Origin: Candidatus Latescibacterota bacterium
Lineage (GTDB): Bacteria; Latescibacterota; UBA2968
NCBI GenBank assembly: GCA_965205975.1
Contig: OZ242195.1
Span: forward strand, 1,280,001-1,344,000
Length of the DNA: 64,000 nt
Direction: 5' to 3'
The position numbers were made by a program, and so were the translations under genes. A model generated the notes under the pieces. The model searched no databases, was not told the DNA's origin, and saw only the letters and a program-made list of their open reading frames with translations. Positions 59,214 through 64,000 of this stretch are shown here, piece after piece. How positions within the stretch are numbered: the stretch's first letter is position 1; each line of letters opens with the position of its first letter.

Positions 59214-59858
59214 ATGGATACAAGTTTATCTCGAGAGGTCGTTTTTTCAGATGATGTGGCAATGGGGCGGGCGGGGATGTCCAGGCGCGATTTTATTAAA
59301 GGAATTATTGCTACAGGTGCGTCTATTTCTGCGATGGGATATGTGTTTGGAGGCTGCGCGGGCGATATGGGTAGCGCGCCGGGCGCGGTTGAGCGGCTTA
59401 TTTCTCTCAATGTAAATGGGCGCGTGCGTCGCGTTGATGTTTTGCCGCAGGAAACGCTGGCGATGACGTTGCGGTACAAGCTGGGGCTTACGGGCACAAA
59501 GCTGGGGTGCGACCGGGGGGAATGCGGTGCGTGTACGGTGCTGGTCGATGATGTGGCGATGTATTCGTGTTCGACTTTAACCCACCGCGTTCGAGGCCGT
59601 TCGGTTGTGACTGTTGAGGGCCTCGAAGGCGAAGATGGCGCGTTGCATCCGGTTCAGCGGGCATTTATTGAAGAACTGGGACCCCAGTGTGGTTTTTGCA
59701 CGCCGGGCCAGGTAATGTCTGCGGTGGCACTGCTGAAGATCAATCCGGATCCAACCCGCGAAGAAGCGCGGGTTGCCATGTCTGGAAATCTTTGTCGCTG
59801 TGGTGCTTACGATAATTATCTGAACTCAGTAATGCGCGCGGCAAAGGAGGCTTCTTAA
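59214..59858 (+). CDS. (2Fe-2S)-binding subunit of a xanthine dehydrogenase-family enzyme with a Tat-like leader
   Basis: SRRDFIK; GCDRGECGAC, QCGFCTPG and NLCRC motifs. Confidence 0.9.
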   Translation: MDTSLSREVVFSDDVAMGRAGMSRRDFIKGIIATGASISAMGYVFGGCAGDMGSAPGAVERLISLNVNGRVRRVDVLPQETLAMTLRYKLGLTGTKLGCDRGECGACTVLVDDVAMYSCSTLTHRVRGRSVVTVEGLEGEDGALHPVQRAFIEELGPQCGFCTPGQVMSAVALLKINPDPTREEARVAMSGNLCRCGAYDNYLNSVMRAAKEAS

Positions 59859-62255
59859 ATGGCATATCAATTGATTGGCAAGGATTTTACGCCGCCAGAT
59901 GTGGCGGCAAAGGTTACGGGTAAGGCAAAATACGCCGAGGATTTTCGCGCCGAAGGCATGGTGTTTTGTCGCTTGCTTTTAAGCACAATGCCCCATGCGC
60001 GCGTTCGCAACATCGATGTGTCTGAAGCGATGAAGATGAAGGGCGTTTTGGGTATTTTAACGGCTGATGACGTGCCCGAGCAAAACGCGCCGAACAATCC
60101 CATTTTGACAAATAATCCCCATTATGTGGGGGATCCGATTCTGGCGGTTGCCGCGCTCGACGAGCAGACGGCACAGGATGCAATTGACAAAATTGCGATT
60201 GATTATGAACCCCTGCCTTTTACGCTCGATCCCCTGGAGAGTCTCTATCCCGGCGGCACAAATGCCCGCGAAGACGGCAATGTTCGCAACCGGCGTTCGG
60301 GAAGCGAGACAATCAAATGGACTGCTGGGGATTTTGTCGATAAGGATGTGTGTCCGACGGGCAAACCAGCAACTGAATGGTCTTATGGCGAAGTTGATCA
60401 GGGGTTTGAAAATGCGAAATTGATCGTAGATGAGAGCTTTGTCACGGCAAATAATCCGCATCATTCGATGGAACCGAGATCGTGCATGGCTTTATGGGAA
60501 AACGGTAAGTGTTTCGTGTATGGCGCAACGCAAAGCCAGAGCCGTCCCACGCGCGATCTGGCCCGTCTCCTGGGGATGGAGTCTGAAGACCTGGTTTATA
60601 TCGCAGAATACTGCGGCGGCGGTTTTGGCTCCAAAGGCACGGCGTATCCCGTGATGGCGATTCCGCCGCTTATGTCCAAAAAAGTTGGGCGCCCCGTGAT
60701 GATGCGTATTAGTCGCGTGGAAGAGTATTTCATCGGGTCTGCGCGCCACGGTTTTCAGGGGCGAATTAAAATTGGTTTTCGCAGCGATGGGCGGATCAGT
60801 GCGCTGGATATGTACGTGATTCAGGAAAATGGTGCCTATCGCGGGGGTGGTGATTGGACTGCTGCTGGCGATGCAGTTTCGCTGGTTTATACGCCCGAAG
60901 CCATGCGCTTTCGGGGGATTCCCGTATATACCAATACGCCGATCAGAGGGGCACAGCGAGGTCCCGGACAAAATCAGATTGCCTGTGTGGTCGAGCCCTT
61001 GCTCGACAAAGCTGCCGAGGAATTGGGCATTGATCAACTGGCGATTCGGCGCATTAATGCACCCGATAACGATTCGAAATACGGGCGCAGGCAGGGACCT
61101 GTTACTAGCGTTTATATGCGCGAGGCACTGGACAAAGGCGGCAAGGCTTTTGATTGGGCAGGAAAAAAGCAAAAAAGCCGTCAGAAGAGTGGCTCAAAGG
61201 TTATTGGTGTGGGGATTGGACAGGCTTATCACTCGGCGGGTTCAAGTAAGTTTGATGGCCTGGTGCGCCTGACGCCAGAGGGCAAGTTGCACATTCATTC
61301 TGGCGTTGGCAATCTCGGCACGTTTTCGCACACTGCAACCTCTCTCGCAGCCGCCGAAGTACTGACGTGTAAATGGGAAAATTGCGTGATTGAGCGGGGT
61401 GACAGCCGCCGTCATTTGCCGTGGAACCACGCACAGTGGGGGAGCAATACCTCGTTTACGATGACGCGCACGAATTATGTTGCGGCTATGGATGCGAAAA
61501 ACAAATTGCTGGAGATTGCAGCAAAGGACCTGGGTGGCTCTCCCGGCGATTACGATCTGGCCGATGAACGGGTTGTGCATAAGACGGACAAATCCAAAAG
61601 CATGGGATTTGCAGATGCGGCAAAACGCGCAATAGAACTGGGGGGCAAGTACGACGGTCATGAAGCTCCTGAAGATATTCACGACATGACAAAAGCCTCG
61701 GTGGTTGCGCTTGCGGGCACGGGTTTGATCGGTGTTGCCAAAGACAATCTGAAGCACGAGGGCGTTGTGCCAGCCATGGCTGTTGGATTTATCGAGATAG
61801 AATTGGATCTGGAGACCGGCAAGTACGAGATTTTGGATTATGTGGGGGTTGCAGAATGCGGTACGGTATTGCATCCACAAGGTCTGGAGACGCAGATCAA
61901 AGGCGGCGCAGTTATGGGTTTTGGTCTGGCTGCTCTGGAGCGGTACGTATATGATCCGCAAAACGGCCTTCCCGCAAATATGGGACTTTATCAGTGCAAG
62001 CCGCCGTCTTATCTCGATGTGCCATCTGAGATGAAAACCGAGGTGGTCGATATCGCCGATCCCCAAAATCCAGTTGGTGCTAAGGGGATAGGTGAGCCTG
62101 TGCAAGGCTGTGCCGCTGCCGCGCTTTTGTGCGCGATTTCAGATGCGCTGGGCGGGCATTATTTTAATCGCATGCCAGTGACGACCGATCATATTGTCAA
62201 TGCAGCCGCAGGACGCGAACAGTCGTATAAGGCGCTGCAGGTGAATACGGTATGA
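59859..62255 (+). CDS. Molybdopterin-binding subunit, xanthine dehydrogenase family
   Basis: KVTGKAKYA, MEPRS, GGGFGSK, AQRGPG, QIKGG and AKGIGEP motifs. Confidence 0.92.
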   Translation: MAYQLIGKDFTPPDVAAKVTGKAKYAEDFRAEGMVFCRLLLSTMPHARVRNIDVSEAMKMKGVLGILTADDVPEQNAPNNPILTNNPHYVGDPILAVAALDEQTAQDAIDKIAIDYEPLPFTLDPLESLYPGGTNAREDGNVRNRRSGSETIKWTAGDFVDKDVCPTGKPATEWSYGEVDQGFENAKLIVDESFVTANNPHHSMEPRSCMALWENGKCFVYGATQSQSRPTRDLARLLGMESEDLVYIAEYCGGGFGSKGTAYPVMAIPPLMSKKVGRPVMMRISRVEEYFIGSARHGFQGRIKIGFRSDGRISALDMYVIQENGAYRGGGDWTAAGDAVSLVYTPEAMRFRGIPVYTNTPIRGAQRGPGQNQIACVVEPLLDKAAEELGIDQLAIRRINAPDNDSKYGRRQGPVTSVYMREALDKGGKAFDWAGKKQKSRQKSGSKVIGVGIGQAYHSAGSSKFDGLVRLTPEGKLHIHSGVGNLGTFSHTATSLAAAEVLTCKWENCVIERGDSRRHLPWNHAQWGSNTSFTMTRTNYVAAMDAKNKLLEIAAKDLGGSPGDYDLADERVVHKTDKSKSMGFADAAKRAIELGGKYDGHEAPEDIHDMTKASVVALAGTGLIGVAKDNLKHEGVVPAMAVGFIEIELDLETGKYEILDYVGVAECGTVLHPQGLETQIKGGAVMGFGLAALERYVYDPQNGLPANMGLYQCKPPSYLDVPSEMKTEVVDIADPQNPVGAKGIGEPVQGCAAAALLCAISDALGGHYFNRMPVTTDHIVNAAAGREQSYKALQVNTV

Positions 62256-62295
62256 GAAGTGTGATCCGCAGATGGACGCAGATGGACGCAGATAT

Positions 62296-62320
62296 GTAGG
62301 GGCGCCCCTCGTGGTCGCCC
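62296..62320 (+). repeat. GTAG-type REP-like imperfect palindrome
   Basis: GTAG-GGGCGCCCCTCGTGGTCGCCC; same flanks as 1451-1474 (GTAG before, GTGT after). Confidence 0.65.
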
Positions 62321-62361
62321 GTGTATGAGTGTGAAATGCGAAGGAGAAAGGAGGAAATGAT

Positions 62362-63351
62362 ATGCTCAAAGATATGATGGCTAATTTTGAATTGTATCAG
62401 CCCACTGCAATAGATCACGCGCTGAATTTAATGGATCGCTATGGCGATGACGGTTGGGTTCTGGCAGGGGGGCAGGATAGTTTTGACTGGTTTAAGGACC
62501 GCGCCAAGAAGCCCCAAGCAGTTATCGATATTAACGGTATTGATGATTTGCATGGGATACGAGAAACAGCCGATGGGGTTGAGATTGGCGCGTTGACCAC
62601 GCTGACGGAGATCGAGACAAGTGCGCTGATTAAAGAGAAATACGGCGTGTTGGCAGATGCTGCGCGTCATGTCGCCAGTCCGCAAATTCGCAATGCGGGA
62701 ACGATTGGGGGCAATGTCTGTCAGGATACGCGTTGCTGGTATTACCGGTATGGTCTGGATTGTTATCGGGCGGGCGGGAATACATGTTATGCCGATACGC
62801 CCGAGGGAATTGACCGCGAACATTGTCTTTTTGGAGCTGATCGGTGTATTGCCGTGTCTCCTTCAGATACCGCACCCGCACTTGTTGCCCTCGATGCGCG
62901 TATGGTGGTTGTAAATGGCGATGGAGAAAAAGAGGTGCTGGCAGAGAACTTTTTTATTGGTCCAGATGTGGATATTATGCGGATGACGATTTTGCAACCG
63001 GGTGATTTGCTCAAGTCGATTGTGATTCCCAATACATGGGCAGGTGCGCGTTTTTATTTTGAAAAGGTGGCCGAAAGGAACACCTGGGATTTCGCGCTGG
63101 TCAATATTGCCTCTGCGATGAAGGTGGAGAACGATGAGATTGTCGATATCCGCATGGCATGCGGTGGTGTTGCGTGTGTGCCACTGCGCTTGACGGTTGT
63201 GGAAGAGGTAGTCAAGGGCAGTCCCCAAAATGGCGCGTCTGCCGACCTCGCTGCGAGTGCGGCAAGCCGAGGGGCTACGCCGCTGAATTACAATGGGTTT
63301 AAGATTCCCCTTATGGAAAGTCTGGTCAAACGGGCGATACGAGAGAGTTAA
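62362..63351 (+). CDS. FAD-binding subunit, xanthine dehydrogenase family, with a Cys-rich insert
   Basis: LAGGQD, ASPQIRNAGTIGGN; RCWYYR...C...GNTC...RC insert; PSDTAPAL. Confidence 0.9.
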   Translation: MLKDMMANFELYQPTAIDHALNLMDRYGDDGWVLAGGQDSFDWFKDRAKKPQAVIDINGIDDLHGIRETADGVEIGALTTLTEIETSALIKEKYGVLADAARHVASPQIRNAGTIGGNVCQDTRCWYYRYGLDCYRAGGNTCYADTPEGIDREHCLFGADRCIAVSPSDTAPALVALDARMVVVNGDGEKEVLAENFFIGPDVDIMRMTILQPGDLLKSIVIPNTWAGARFYFEKVAERNTWDFALVNIASAMKVENDEIVDIRMACGGVACVPLRLTVVEEVVKGSPQNGASADLAASAASRGATPLNYNGFKIPLMESLVKRAIRES

Positions 63352-63506
63352 TGGATATTTTTCGATATACCAGCGATGCCTGGGGACAGCGGGTTTTAGA
63401 AGGTCTTTCGTGGGATTTAATTGGGTATTTTGCAGGTGCTGGCGTTGTGTTTATTGTTTTGCATGCGGGTTATATGCACTTTTTTGTGAAAAAAAACGGT
63501 CAATGA
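63351..63506 (+). CDS. Small 51-aa single-TM protein (not in the ORF track)
   Basis: MDIFRYTSDAWGQRVLEGLSWDLIGYFAGAGVVFIVLHAGYMHFFVKKNGQ*; TAATG and ATGA overlaps with both neighbours. Confidence 0.7.
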   Translation: MDIFRYTSDAWGQRVLEGLSWDLIGYFAGAGVVFIVLHAGYMHFFVKKNGQ

Positions 63507-64000
63507 ATACTCTGTTGAGACATACGCTCGCTACCCGAATCAATCACTGGTTGATGGCAGCGTGTATGATTGCCCTGTTGTTGACTGGTTTTTTGCCGAT
63601 TTTGGGAATCAAGTTTGCGTGGGTGACGTTGCACTGGGTTTCTGGTGTGATTTTTACCGCTTCTGTTCTGTTTCACATTATTTACGCTCTGACCCGGCAA
63701 GACTGGCGGTCTATGTGGATCGCACGAGGAGAATTTGCAGATGTTCTTTCCTCGCTGTCGGGTTCGATCAAGGCTTTGAAAGTTTCTCCCGGCAAATACT
63801 GGCTGATGCAAAAGATTTATCACCATATCGTGGCGATTATGAGCCTGATTGCCTGTGTGACGGGTATTTTGATGTTGCTTAAAATTGATTCGCCTTTCTG
63901 GACGCGTGATCCTTATGTTTTTTCAGGTGAAAGCTGGGGTATTATTTATGTTTTGCACGATTTTTCAGGTCTGTGTTTTATCCCGTTGATTATGATGCAT
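63503..64000 (+). CDS. Cytochrome b (FdnI/HyaC-like) membrane subunit, runs off the window
   Basis: Hand translation MNTLLRHTLATRINHWLMA...LHWVSG...FHII...PGKYWLMQKIYH...VLHD...MMH; His residues in TM helices. Confidence 0.8.
   Translation, partial: MNTLLRHTLATRINHWLMAACMIALLLTGFLPILGIKFAWVTLHWVSGVIFTASVLFHIIYALTRQDWRSMWIARGEFADVLSSLSGSIKALKVSPGKYWLMQKIYHHIVAIMSLIACVTGILMLLKIDSPFWTRDPYVFSGESWGIIYVLHDFSGLCFIPLIMMH

Noticed and set aside
116..63882. Numerous antisense or alternate-frame ORFs inside called genes
   Set aside because: Shadow ORFs of well-supported CDSs with no independent motifs
1..64000. CRISPR array, tRNA, rRNA, prophage, or retron/DGR reverse transcriptase
   Set aside because: I saw no regularly spaced repeats, structural RNA signatures, phage genes or RT motifs by eye; a tool scan could still find something

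Overview
A gene-dense bacterial window. Dockerin/cohesin/FlgD-type secreted proteins, internalin-like LRR fragments, sulfatases, PhyH and Gfo/Idh/MocA enzymes and PIN toxin-antitoxin pairs suggest a Latescibacterota/Gemmatimonadota-like, possibly sponge-associated organism; this is inference only. Housekeeping content: anmK, a ccsA-sirC-hemA-hemC-cobA/hemD tetrapyrrole operon split by about 3 kb of gene debris, galU, mreBC, asd behind a lysine riboswitch, and hsp20-clpB behind a sigma-54-type promoter. Accessory content: an orphan DNA methyltransferase abutting an IS256 element, several TA modules and pseudogene fragments, and many catabolic enzymes. The strongest candidates for an undescribed system are four. 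(i) A five-gene ExbB/ExbD/TonB-like/TPR/PEGA operon (41981-48221) that encodes a proton-motor core but no TonB receptor, TolB or Pal. (ii) A Tat-exported PaoABC-like molybdoenzyme coupled to a cytochrome b (59214-64000). (iii) A PhyH-fold enzyme with a halogenase-like HxG iron motif. (iv) A dispersed cohesin-dockerin family that includes a dockerin-bearing putative polysaccharide lyase. I saw no tRNA, rRNA or CRISPR array. All family calls come from motif recognition by eye, not from database searches.
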